The notes beneath the pieces are model-generated. The model was not told where the DNA came from and made no database searches. It worked only from the letters and a program-made list of their open reading frames with translations. A program made the position numbers and the translations under genes. A stretch of DNA of 64,000 nt, from the IMG/VR virus record IMGVR_UViG_3300049324_000002, positions 64,001 to 128,000 of that record; one strand, written 5' to 3'. Position 1 is the stretch's first letter. Every line of letters begins with the position of its first letter. Positions 39,736-48,163 of the stretch are shown piece after piece. The DNA is from a virus.

Positions 39736-40095
39736 CTACCCAACGGAGGCACACGCCGCGAGCACCTGAGCAGCCACAACATCGTCAAGCTCCACAATGC
39801 CCTCACTCCACAACCAACCCAGAGCGCCCATCAGCCCAAACGTAGAATCAGGGCCTGACGGAACATCACGAACCACACCCATTACTTCCTGAACCACCCG
39901 ACGCGAACCAAGCAAACGCATTCCCAAACGAATGATTGAATCTTGCAATTCCATTTCACCATCAACAATGAAATCAGGAATGGCATCGAATTCGTGCATA
40001 GCATCAAGCAACCGATCAAACGCTTTAACCATTGCCAGATCCAGCGGACCGGTCACAGACAACTTAGCCACAACGACCTCCAAGTTTTTGACCAC
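39736..40095 (-). CDS. paralog of 38440-38781
   Basis: GPLD...KAFD ... RLGMRLLG. Confidence 0.7.
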   Translation of the reverse strand: MVKNLEVVVAKLSVTGPLDLAMVKAFDRLLDAMHEFDAIPDFIVDGEMELQDSIIRLGMRLLGSRRVVQEVMGVVRDVPSGPDSTFGLMGALGWLWSEGIVELDDVVAAQVLAACASVG

Positions 40096-40109
40096 AACAA
40101 CGGGATGAA

Positions 40110-40358
40110 TCAGTACTCGAAACGAGGGAAGTCAGGAATATCAATTCCCTGCTCTTCCATGATTTCAGAAGCAACACGCAATGCGGACTTCAACTCAATA
40201 GCAGCAATAGCCACATTCCGAGCCGCACGCTTAATCGTTTCGACGTCAGTCACATCCAAGAAATCTTTACCATTCTCAGCAAGAGAATCGAGAGTGGACT
40301 CGACACAACCAGCAATGTCACTCACGGTGATGGCTGGCTTTTTCGTTGTGTTCGTCAT
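40110..40358 (-). CDS. helical hypothetical protein (MTNT start)
   Basis: Cassette promoter. Confidence 0.75.
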   Translation of the reverse strand: MTNTTKKPAITVSDIAGCVESTLDSLAENGKDFLDVTDVETIKRAARNVAIAAIELKSALRVASEIMEEQGIDIPDFPRFEY

Positions 40359-40418
40359 GCTGAAAGCATAGCATAAGCACGAACACCACGCAACCCTGCA
40401 TAACAAGATTTTCTAGAC

Positions 40419-40465
40419 AAAAGCCAGGAGCCCCCACCCACTCGGGGCAAGAGGCTCCTGGCTAA
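40419..40465 (-). terminator. cassette terminator hairpin
   Basis: AGCCAGGAGCC/GGCTCCTGGCT followed by TTTT on minus strand. Confidence 0.7.
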
Positions 40466-40466
40466 A

Positions 40467-40542
40467 CCACCTAGGTAGGGAGTCGAACCCTACTTACCAC
40501 CCCCTCACGAAGTGGCGTCCTTCCGACTAAACGACTAGGTAG
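40467..40542 (-). ncRNA. tRNA-like RNA with enlarged anticodon loop, in its own cassette
   Basis: CTACCTAG/CTAGGTGG acceptor, GTTT/GGAC D-stem, GCCAC-(11 nt)-GTGGT, GTAGGG-TTCGACT-CCCTAC T-arm; cassette promoter upstream and hairpin downstream. Confidence 0.6.
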
Positions 40543-40674
40543 CTGGTGTTTCGGTGATGTAAGAAGCATAGCACGACACAGCGAACCACGCAACCCTGTA
40601 GAGCAAGATTTTCTAGACAAAACAGAAGCGATCCCCCACCCGGGCAGGCAGGGGATCGCGAGGGACGAAGCAGG

Positions 40675-40896
40675 TCAAGAGCCATACGCACGGCGCAGCT
40701 CAGTCAACGCGTCAGCCACCTGACGGACCTGAGCGGCATAAGGCAACCGAAACCACGTGCCAGCACCCAAGTGAGCATCAACCTCAACCGGTGCCCATTT
40801 CCAAGCCAACCCAAGATCAGAGCTAGCAGTCAGCTCAGTACCATCAGAAGCGACAATGGACATTTCGCCAATCAGAGCAGATCCGGTGTTCGTCAT
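40675..40896 (-). CDS. hypothetical protein (MTNT start)
   Basis: Cassette promoter and downstream hairpin. Confidence 0.75.
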   Translation of the reverse strand: MTNTGSALIGEMSIVASDGTELTASSDLGLAWKWAPVEVDAHLGAGTWFRLPYAAQVRQVADALTELRRAYGS

Positions 40897-41143
40897 GCAA
40901 GAAGCATAGCACGACCACGTGGATCACACAACCTCGTAGATTCACACGATCGAGTAGTAACGAACCCTACCTAGACGTGCCAAGAATGAACAAAAGAAAC
41001 ACAGAAACCATGAAGACAATGAAACAAATAATAAACAATTGAGACAACGCCAACGAAAGACCAACAAACGTAAGCACCAAAGACACAAATGCAATTATCG
41101 ATAAGCTCCAGAAAACAAATAGATCAAACATAATAAACACCAA

Positions 41144-41404
41144 TCACGATGAAACAGGATCGGGAATAGAACTAGGATCAGTGCAATCAGTGATATCTGG
41201 ATTAGACACATGCAATTTATGCATTGCAGTACAAATACCATCACGCTCAGCAGGAGTTAGCTGATGAACATCAGAACTGGTAACAGGATTAGCAGGAACA
41301 GTCGGTGTAGCAGTAGGAGAACCAAACAAACCAATGAGCACAAGAATGATAACAACCATAAATACAATGTTCCTGATCTTCTTTTTCATCTTAATCCCGT
41401 GCAT
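41144..41404 (-). CDS. secreted/membrane-anchored small protein
   Basis: Basic N-terminus, TM helix, Pro/Thr linker, two Cys. Confidence 0.65.
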   Translation of the reverse strand: MHGIKMKKKIRNIVFMVVIILVLIGLFGSPTATPTVPANPVTSSDVHQLTPAERDGICTAMHKLHVSNPDITDCTDPSSIPDPVSS

Positions 41405-42475
41405 TCCTGAGCAAAGTCACTTGCTCTTCCTTATAATGGTCAACGCCATCAGAAAACTCAATAGACAAAGGCCAATCCGAACCATCGTCAATACCAATAA
41501 TCAACCCAGTATCGTCTTCACCATTCCTAGTGTAATAAACCACATCACCAACACGAAGCATAACAACTCCTAACAAAAAGAAATGGAATAAAAAATAATA
41601 GTCAAATATCAGCTAGTATGCATAATCATAGCTATTACAAATGCAACAATGACGGAAGTCAAAAAAAGAAGAAGCACACTACTACCTGAAATTTTCTTTT
41701 TCACGTTTGCCATTACAGATCCCATCTTCTTAACAAATGGAAACCGCTGACCCGGACGGCCATGGTCAACTCATCCAGGCCAACGGCTAGCTCTTTTTCG
41801 CCTCACGCATTAACGTATTGTGGTAAGGACAAAGGAATGCAGGAGGAGCATTCTCACGAACAAACAAAACAGTGCCAGGCTGATCGCAAGACTCAAGAGT
41901 GAAATCGCATTTACCAAACACCAAAAGCCTAAACCAAGCGACAAACCTAGTCCAGCTCATCACATACCACCAATCATCTCGAACAACGAAGGAAAACGAT
42001 TAACGATTTCTAGGAGCCTCGTTGAAATCAATACCTGGGTATTTAATCGCCAACGCCGCCTTAGCCTTTGCTACATGTTTAGCGTTAGACGGTTTCCAAT
42101 AAGGACCCTGAAATGTATGCACACCAGTCTTTGTCCCATAAACCACTCGAGTCTCATCATCGAAATAAACAAACCCAAATGGATAAGAATCATCACCCGA
42201 ACGATTCTCAATACTAGTGACCTCCATCAATCTCATCCCTTTCCGCATCCTTAGCAAGAATGGCACAAACCTCAGTAAGCCCACCACGCAACCGAATAGA
42301 CCAATCTAGATACTCAAACTCTTTAGATAGATCAACCATCCAAGAATGCAGAGCCTCTAAATCCATGGAGAACCGTGAATAACGAAGCCACGCATTAGGC
42401 TTATCAGGACGAGTAAAGATTGCATACACACCATCTTTATCGTCAGTGGAACTAAACGGTGAAGCATCCCGTAAA

Positions 42476-42895
42476 TCAAGCATCAGAATCACCATAAGCC
42501 GCAATACGAGCGTAGCAATCAGCGTCAATTCCTGTCTTAATCAACTCACGCTCATCATCAGTCAAGTAAGGAAATGCATTCTGAATAAGCTCGCCATCAA
42601 CCCAAGCCTGAATACGCTTAACTGGAAGCTTAAGCGTAGATGCCTTACCACACATAAGGCACGGGCGACAAACAAAGTCAGTAAGCGTTTCAACATTCAA
42701 ATCAAACACACGAGCATAGTATTCCATTTGCCCGCCGTGATCACTAACCAAAACCTTCGCAGTACCATTATACTCAGTACCGCGAGTCACCATAACAAAA
42801 AGCCATTCTTCACCACGAAAAGACACAACAACGTCATCACGCTTAACGACACGACCACTAGCATCGGTCACACGGAATTCATCCATTTTCAGCAC
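42476..42895 (-). CDS. hypothetical protein with CxxC and LIQNAFPYL..DERE.I.TG motif
   Basis: Motif common in phage proteins. Confidence 0.7.
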   Translation of the reverse strand: MLKMDEFRVTDASGRVVKRDDVVVSFRGEEWLFVMVTRGTEYNGTAKVLVSDHGGQMEYYARVFDLNVETLTDFVCRPCLMCGKASTLKLPVKRIQAWVDGELIQNAFPYLTDDERELIKTGIDADCYARIAAYGDSDA

Positions 42896-42912
42896 CCCCG
42901 GGAGAACCTATC

Positions 42913-42948
42913 CTACCGAAGGGGAAAACCCCCTGCGGTGTTCGTCAT
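42913..42948 (-). CDS. 11-aa leader peptide MTNTAGGFPLR
   Basis: Full cassette promoter, immediate stop, internal AGGGGG-TTTT-CCCCT hairpin. Confidence 0.45.
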   Translation of the reverse strand: MTNTAGGFPLR

Positions 42949-43002
42949 GCTGAAAGCATAGCATAACTGGACACAGCACGCAAGTCAGTAGACATAGAAA
43001 AG

Positions 43003-43045
43003 CAAGAGGCCCAGCTCACCGGGGCAGGCGTGAGCTGGGCCTCAG
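43003..43045 (-). terminator. cassette terminator hairpin
   Basis: GAGGCCCAGCTCAC/GTGAGCTGGGCCTC then T-rich tail on minus strand. Confidence 0.7.
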
Positions 43046-43053
43046 AGCCAACG

Positions 43054-43329
43054 TCAGCGGACGGGAGGGCAGGGCAACCCAAGATCAGGGATCTGGTAAC
43101 CAGGGACCACAGAGCGACCACAGCGGAAGCACAGAGCCTCAGGCTCAAGAGCAATCGCCGCCAACGCATCATCCAATTTCTCAAACGTGCCGACCGTTGA
43201 AGTGGGCATTTTATCAACAACACGCTCCACCACAAACAAACCAATCGACAACTCAACCAACTTACAGCTACGGAGGTAAGCGAAACGACCGCCACCCACA
43301 GTGGCATTATTCCATCTGATGTTCGTCAT
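43054..43329 (-). CDS. hypothetical protein (MTNI start)
   Basis: Cassette promoter; CFRCG. Confidence 0.7.
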   Translation of the reverse strand: MTNIRWNNATVGGGRFAYLRSCKLVELSIGLFVVERVVDKMPTSTVGTFEKLDDALAAIALEPEALCFRCGRSVVPGYQIPDLGLPCPPVR

Positions 43330-43365
43330 GCTAAAAGCATAGCATAGACAGACACAGCATGCAAA

Positions 43366-43623
43366 TCAGTAGCGGCCAGAAAACATGGAGCCGGGAGGAG
43401 GACCATAACCAAGAACACCAACCATACGGTCAAACTCGTTTTCCGCGCGGGTTTCCTCCGTGCCAGCCTCAGCCGCACGAAGCCAAGCACTCTCAGCCCA
43501 AATCTCAGCCGCCGACTCAAGCTGCTGAACCATGATCTGATCCCAACACGACCGGACCTCGTCAACCGTAGAATGACGGTGCGGAACGCCTGGGATGTTG
43601 CCACATCGAATGGTGTTCGTCAT
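43366..43623 (-). CDS. hypothetical protein (MTNT start)
   Basis: C.....H.H.TV.EVR.C motif. Confidence 0.7.
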   Translation of the reverse strand: MTNTIRCGNIPGVPHRHSTVDEVRSCWDQIMVQQLESAAEIWAESAWLRAAEAGTEETRAENEFDRMVGVLGYGPPPGSMFSGRY

Positions 43624-43678
43624 GAAAGAAGCATAACACAACCCACACACATCACGCAAGCAGGTAGAACAAGATCTT

Positions 43679-43834
43679 CTATTCGCGAGTGCGGGCACGC
43701 AAGGCGCCAAACGCAGACGTAATCAAGAACAAAATAATACCAACAACCGCCAACCACAATAAAGTCTTAAACGCAAACCCAATAACAATGCACACAGCCC
43801 AAAGAAACAGTAGAAACACGATAAGAGCGATCAT
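43679..43834 (-). CDS. small actinobacterial hydrophobic membrane protein
   Basis: LL.LW....VIGF.FK.LLWLAVVG..LFL.T..FG. Confidence 0.7.
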   Translation of the reverse strand: MIALIVFLLFLWAVCIVIGFAFKTLLWLAVVGIILFLITSAFGALRARTRE

Positions 43835-44215
43835 GTCAGTATAACGAGCACGAAACACAACCGATACGAACAGCGACCTCGGAAGGGGAACGGCACCCAA
43901 CCGAGGTCGCTGAAAGGGAAACGTCGACACGTCATCCCAATAACCTATTAAGTTCTGCCAAGACCATTCAAAAACTCATAAGCCATGGTCTCATTCAAAG
44001 CAGCAGGAGCAGTATTGGTCGGGGGAACAATAACATCAGCAGCGACCAATTCATTGTAGCATTCAATCTGCCGTGGGATCATCTCAATGAAATCGTGAGT
44101 AGCCTTACGATTACGCATCACCCGCATACGGAAAGTAAGCTCACCATTCCGAAAACAAATACGACCCTCACGAGCACAAACAATGAGAAGCCTGTAAGTC
44201 GACCCACCTCTGCTA

Positions 44216-44509
44216 TCAGCCATTACCTTTCACCTGTTCACGAATAGAACCCACAAGAACGCCAACATAATCGACATTCTCATCGCCAGCGTTATCAAAA
44301 GCATCCTGAACAGCCTGAGAAGCTACAGGATAACGAGACTCCAATTCATCAATCATCCAAGCTCGAGCCAATTTCTCAGAAGAATCAAGAGAATCGACAT
44401 CAGTATCCAAAACCAACAAAGCCTGAATCAAATTGATGTCAGAAGTATTCCTCAGAATATGATTCCGACGCGTGCCAATATTTTCAGAAGAACTCGATGT
44501 GTTCGTCAT
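44216..44509 (-). CDS. hypothetical protein (MTNT start)
   Basis: Cassette promoter; RAW.IDELE.RYP. Confidence 0.75.
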   Translation of the reverse strand: MTNTSSSSENIGTRRNHILRNTSDINLIQALLVLDTDVDSLDSSEKLARAWMIDELESRYPVASQAVQDAFDNAGDENVDYVGVLVGSIREQVKGNG

Positions 44510-44559
44510 GCAAGAAGCATAGCATGACATCGCACACCACGCAAGTCGGTAGAACAAGA

Positions 44560-44680
44560 ATCTTTAGCCCAAACGCCAGCGGACCCCTCAACCCTTGCGG
44601 GGAGGGGTCCGTGGCAGTGCGGCCCGGTAGATATTTATGACGAACACCCTTCGGGCCGCACCAGCCTAGGGAGCCTAACA
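44560..44680 (-). ncRNA. candidate antisense sRNA; loop complementary to the shared AUGACGAACAC mRNA 5' end
   Basis: GTGCGGCCCG/CGGGCCGCAC stem (44617-44661) whose loop reads GGTGTTCGTCAT on the minus strand; second hairpin at 44581-44610. Confidence 0.55.
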
Positions 44681-44682
44681 GA

Positions 44683-45009
44683 TCAGACAGACGGCAAATC
44701 AACCAGGAGGCCAAGCACCGCCCGAGAAAACCGAGCAAACGGTACGTTATTCAATCTCACACGATAGATCTCAGGACCAAAATGCTTACGGCCACCCAAT
44801 TCAATCACCTCGTAAACACGCAAGTCAAAGTCGCCAGCTTCGATATCCTCAACTCGACATGTGACAGGAAGCTCACTGTGCTTATAAAGACCATTCGAGG
44901 ACATACGAACAGCATCAGTATTCAGCGGGACAAAACCAGAATCAAGAAGAAACTCGACGCAATCCAGAGTATTTACAATGGACTTTGAGGTATTCGCTGT
45001 GTTCGTCAT
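44683..45009 (-). CDS. hypothetical protein (MTNT start), directly upstream of the candidate sRNA
   Basis: Cassette promoter. Confidence 0.75.
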   Translation of the reverse strand: MTNTANTSKSIVNTLDCVEFLLDSGFVPLNTDAVRMSSNGLYKHSELPVTCRVEDIEAGDFDLRVYEVIELGGRKHFGPEIYRVRLNNVPFARFSRAVLGLLVDLPSV

Positions 45010-45380
45010 GCAAGAAGCATAGCATCATGTCAAACCATCCGCAAGTCGGTGGTACAAAGATTTACTGGAAGGGCTGACCCGGGGCAGCGGCCACCACCCG
45101 CAAGCAGGAACGTCGCGTCACAAACACGCACGCGGCACTGGCAGAAACCACACCGACGCACCCACGGAGCCACCTGAGACGGCACCACAGCACCCACAGG
45201 AGGCTCATCGTCCAACGACAACCCCGCCAACGCCGTCGACCCCGCAAGCAACGACACCGCAGCCTGATCAGACCAACCCCAAGCAGCAAACCAATCCCGG
45301 ATAGTCAGCATTCAAAACATCTTCCCCCAAAAGGGACGACTCCGCCACCCACAAAGGTAACGGAGCCATCACAGAAAGAA

Positions 45381-45728
45381 TCAATCAGAAGGATAAATAA
45401 CAACGGAAAACGAGTAATAAGGCTCCAAACGAACCGAAACAGGAATCTGCAAAGGAAGTTCCATAGCCCTACGCAAAGCACCACGCAAAGGCATACCAAA
45501 CTCGTAATAAAGAGTGTCAGCAATCTCTCCGCTCACACCGCCAGCGGCAGCACGCAGAGCCCATTCATCAGGACCACCCTCCCAAACAATACCGAAATGA
45601 CCAGTCTCCATATAATTGTCAATCAACATAGGATGGCCGCAATCATCCATCAAGCCCTCATAACGCAACTCAATGGCTCTAAGAACGCGCTTAGCATTCT
45701 CACGGGAAACACTCTCGATGTTCGTCAT
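45381..45728 (-). CDS. hypothetical protein (MTNI start)
   Basis: IVWEGGP.EW ... EPY.S....IYP motif. Confidence 0.75.
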   Translation of the reverse strand: MTNIESVSRENAKRVLRAIELRYEGLMDDCGHPMLIDNYMETGHFGIVWEGGPDEWALRAAAGGVSGEIADTLYYEFGMPLRGALRRAMELPLQIPVSVRLEPYYSFSVVIYPSD

Positions 45729-45875
45729 GCTGTAAGCCTACCATACCTAGAAAAGGTGGTCAAGTTTGGATAGGCCGGATCTGACGTAGCCCGACACCAT
45801 AAGCACCCCAGCAAATAAATGCCTGCGATCAAGTGCTCATATAGTGCGTCCGTGCCTATACGGGTAACCATGGGA

Positions 45876-46373
45876 TCAGTCGAAGAACAGATCCACAGGA
45901 CGACCATTCAACAGCATCCGATCCTGACCAATAAATCCAGGTGAGCACGGACACATAGAACAGCCAGCATTGATACTGAACTTCCACTCATCAAACTGCG
46001 GCAAAACAATCTCAATGCCGCACTCACGTAAAGCCTCGGCAATCGTAGCCAACACACCATTGTGCTGCATGTACTCTCGAGCATCCTTAATAGACCGACG
46101 CTGGAAAGCAGCCAACACAGGATCCTTTACATCAGGATTCCGATCATTAGCTTCACGGACCAATTCAGTCTCACGATCACTAAAACCAGGAACGAAAGCA
46201 TCCAACACACCATACGCCCGAACCTTAGCCCAGTAAGAACGGCTATCTCTTCCAGAAGGAAACGGGCGAATAACCAAGTGAACCTTAAACTTCGAACCAC
46301 AAACCTGATAATGTCCATTCTTGTCGATGGAAACGATGGCGGAGCCGGTAGATGTCTCAACTGTGTTCGTCAT
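45876..46373 (-). CDS. hypothetical protein (MTNT start)
   Basis: FS..AGCSMCPCSPGFI motif. Confidence 0.75.
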   Translation of the reverse strand: MTNTVETSTGSAIVSIDKNGHYQVCGSKFKVHLVIRPFPSGRDSRSYWAKVRAYGVLDAFVPGFSDRETELVREANDRNPDVKDPVLAAFQRRSIKDAREYMQHNGVLATIAEALRECGIEIVLPQFDEWKFSINAGCSMCPCSPGFIGQDRMLLNGRPVDLFFD

Positions 46374-46427
46374 GTCACAACCATAGCATGGACGGGGGCA
46401 GCACGCAAGTCGGTAGACCAAGAATTT

Positions 46428-46769
46428 CTAGCCGATCGGCAGATGATCCTCACGCTCATCAACCAAACGGAAATGAACATTTTTCTGAAAACCAATCTCA
46501 AGTAAACGCTTACAATCCTGAGCATTCACATAAGGAATGTAATCAAACACAACATCCCTGAACTGAACATCAGCCTGGAGAATGTGATGATGTGGGTGCC
46601 AATCAAAAGAAGCTTCCTCAAGACCTATACGAGTATTAGCATCATGCCTAACTCTATAATCTTCACCATTCTCAGAAACTTCAAGAATAGAACCAGTACC
46701 CCATAAGTAAGCAAAATGGTATCGCTGACCTCGAGTACGAACACGATCGCCGACTCTTAAACCTTTCAC
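46428..46769 (-). CDS. SH3/KOW-like hypothetical protein
   Basis: LRVGDRVR ... G.I.EV....Y.V. Confidence 0.65.
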   Translation of the reverse strand: MKGLRVGDRVRTRGQRYHFAYLWGTGSILEVSENGEDYRVRHDANTRIGLEEASFDWHPHHHILQADVQFRDVVFDYIPYVNAQDCKRLLEIGFQKNVHFRLVDEREDHLPIG

Positions 46770-47041
46770 GACTCCTCCGCTTTCAGATCATAAACAATAG
46801 ACTGCCAGTCAATACGCTCAAGGTCATTAGGTGCAATCTCTTGTGCAACATGCCAAGCAGCCGTATTCTTTGGAGCTAAACGAAGAACAGCAGTCACATA
46901 TCTCTTCAATGCCTTAGGACCACCCAAAGCAACCTGACGCGCAAAATCAATCAAATCCCCATCATTACAAATCCACACACTCACATGATGGGTAGCAACC
47001 TCATCGTGCTTAAAGGAAGCATAATCTAACATATAAATCAT
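46766..47041 (-). CDS. hypothetical phage protein
   Basis: T..V..WI.ND..L ... IDW..I motif. Confidence 0.7.
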   Translation of the reverse strand: MIYMLDYASFKHDEVATHHVSVWICNDGDLIDFARQVALGGPKALKRYVTAVLRLAPKNTAAWHVAQEIAPNDLERIDWQSIVYDLKAEES

Positions 47042-47042
47042 C

Positions 47043-47309
47043 CTATCGAATAGGAACCTGATCTACAACACGAAAGTTAACACCCTCAAAACCAATAGGA
47101 TTCTGTCGTGCATGTCGAGAACACATTCTCATTTCATGAACAGTGCTCTTACCCTCACCAATAGCATAAATCCAAGATTCAGTAGAAACAATGATTGTAG
47201 CTCGAGTAGAACATCCTACCCGGGACCGGGACGATCCTCCACACAAACGACCCTCACGCCTATTCTTTTCGAGTTTATCGTGCAACTCAGCTGAAATAGA
47301 ATAACCCAT
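47043..47309 (-). CDS. putative Zn-binding protein
   Basis: C...C...A ... MCSRHA. Confidence 0.65.
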   Translation of the reverse strand: MGYSISAELHDKLEKNRREGRLCGGSSRSRVGCSTRATIIVSTESWIYAIGEGKSTVHEMRMCSRHARQNPIGFEGVNFRVVDQVPIR

Positions 47310-47642
47310 TTTACTCGTCTCCCAATTCCAGAATCAAATCGATTTGGGAACGGACCGCGCGCTCACGTTCAGTGATCCGCCAAGCCTCACGACCCAGCTC
47401 AACCAGATCCGCACGGAGCTGCGCCAACTTGCGCTGCCTGAAATCCAAGATCTTAACCTGAGTGTTCGTCATACAGGAATGATAGCATACGAGGTTGCAG
47501 GCAGTCAAGACGGTACAGAAGCACAGCAGACTGCAGGAAACACCACGTCAGGAACCCAAGCAAGAGTGCCCAGACAGAGATCGAGGCTGCCCACCACAGC
47601 GGTAGTAGGCAGCCTCGAGGGGAGGGGCAAACGGATGACAGA

Positions 47643-48032
47643 TCAGCCAAACTGGACAATACCACGACAATCCGGGCACGCCCACCCATGCGCCTCACAA
47701 CCCCGCGCAGTCCAACGCTCGTAATACTGCCAATCATCCTCAGACAAAGCAATACAATCACACCACGTTCTAGAAACATTCAATCCATCAGAAGAAGCAA
47801 TAACTTCACTCGGTGGAATGTGAATATAACGACCATCCCACACTCGGGCAGCGACAATCAGAGAAGGAGTACCAAACCTAACAACCTCAGTACCAATCTC
47901 AGCAGTCAAAACCTTTTCAGCATTCTCCCGAGCACGCGCCGCCCAATCAGCAGCCTCAGCGTAATCGTGAGCAGTCAGAGCGCTCCACAGGAGCACCGCA
48001 GGAGGCTTAGAAGTATCTGTAGCGTTCGTCAT
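47643..48032 (-). CDS. hypothetical protein (MTNA start)
   Basis: WCDC ... HGW.CPDC.GI.Q.G. Confidence 0.75.
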   Translation of the reverse strand: MTNATDTSKPPAVLLWSALTAHDYAEAADWAARARENAEKVLTAEIGTEVVRFGTPSLIVAARVWDGRYIHIPPSEVIASSDGLNVSRTWCDCIALSEDDWQYYERWTARGCEAHGWACPDCRGIVQFG

Positions 48033-48163
48033 GTCACAACCATAGCATAGCTCGTAGAACCACGCAACTCAGCCTCCACGGAGACAAACCTGCAGGTCAA
48101 CCCGATAATGAAACCCCAGGATGCAAAGTGCATTGAAACTGGGAGAGAACAAACAAGTCACGA

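Larger units (their letters stand above)
35100..48070 (-). promoter_or_regulatory. 19 repeated leaderless start/promoter elements, consensus (C/T)TACYGAC-TTGCGT-N17-TATGCT-N6-ATGACGAACAC (2 more at 25014 and 32982)
   Basis: ATG positions 35117, 35955, 36738, 37495, 38781, 39093, 39633, 40358, 40896, 42948, 43329, 43623, 44509, 45009, 45728, 46373, 47472, 48032, plus a variant near 40558 before the tRNA-like RNA; the 35955 copy has the start motif but no clear promoter. Confidence 0.9.
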
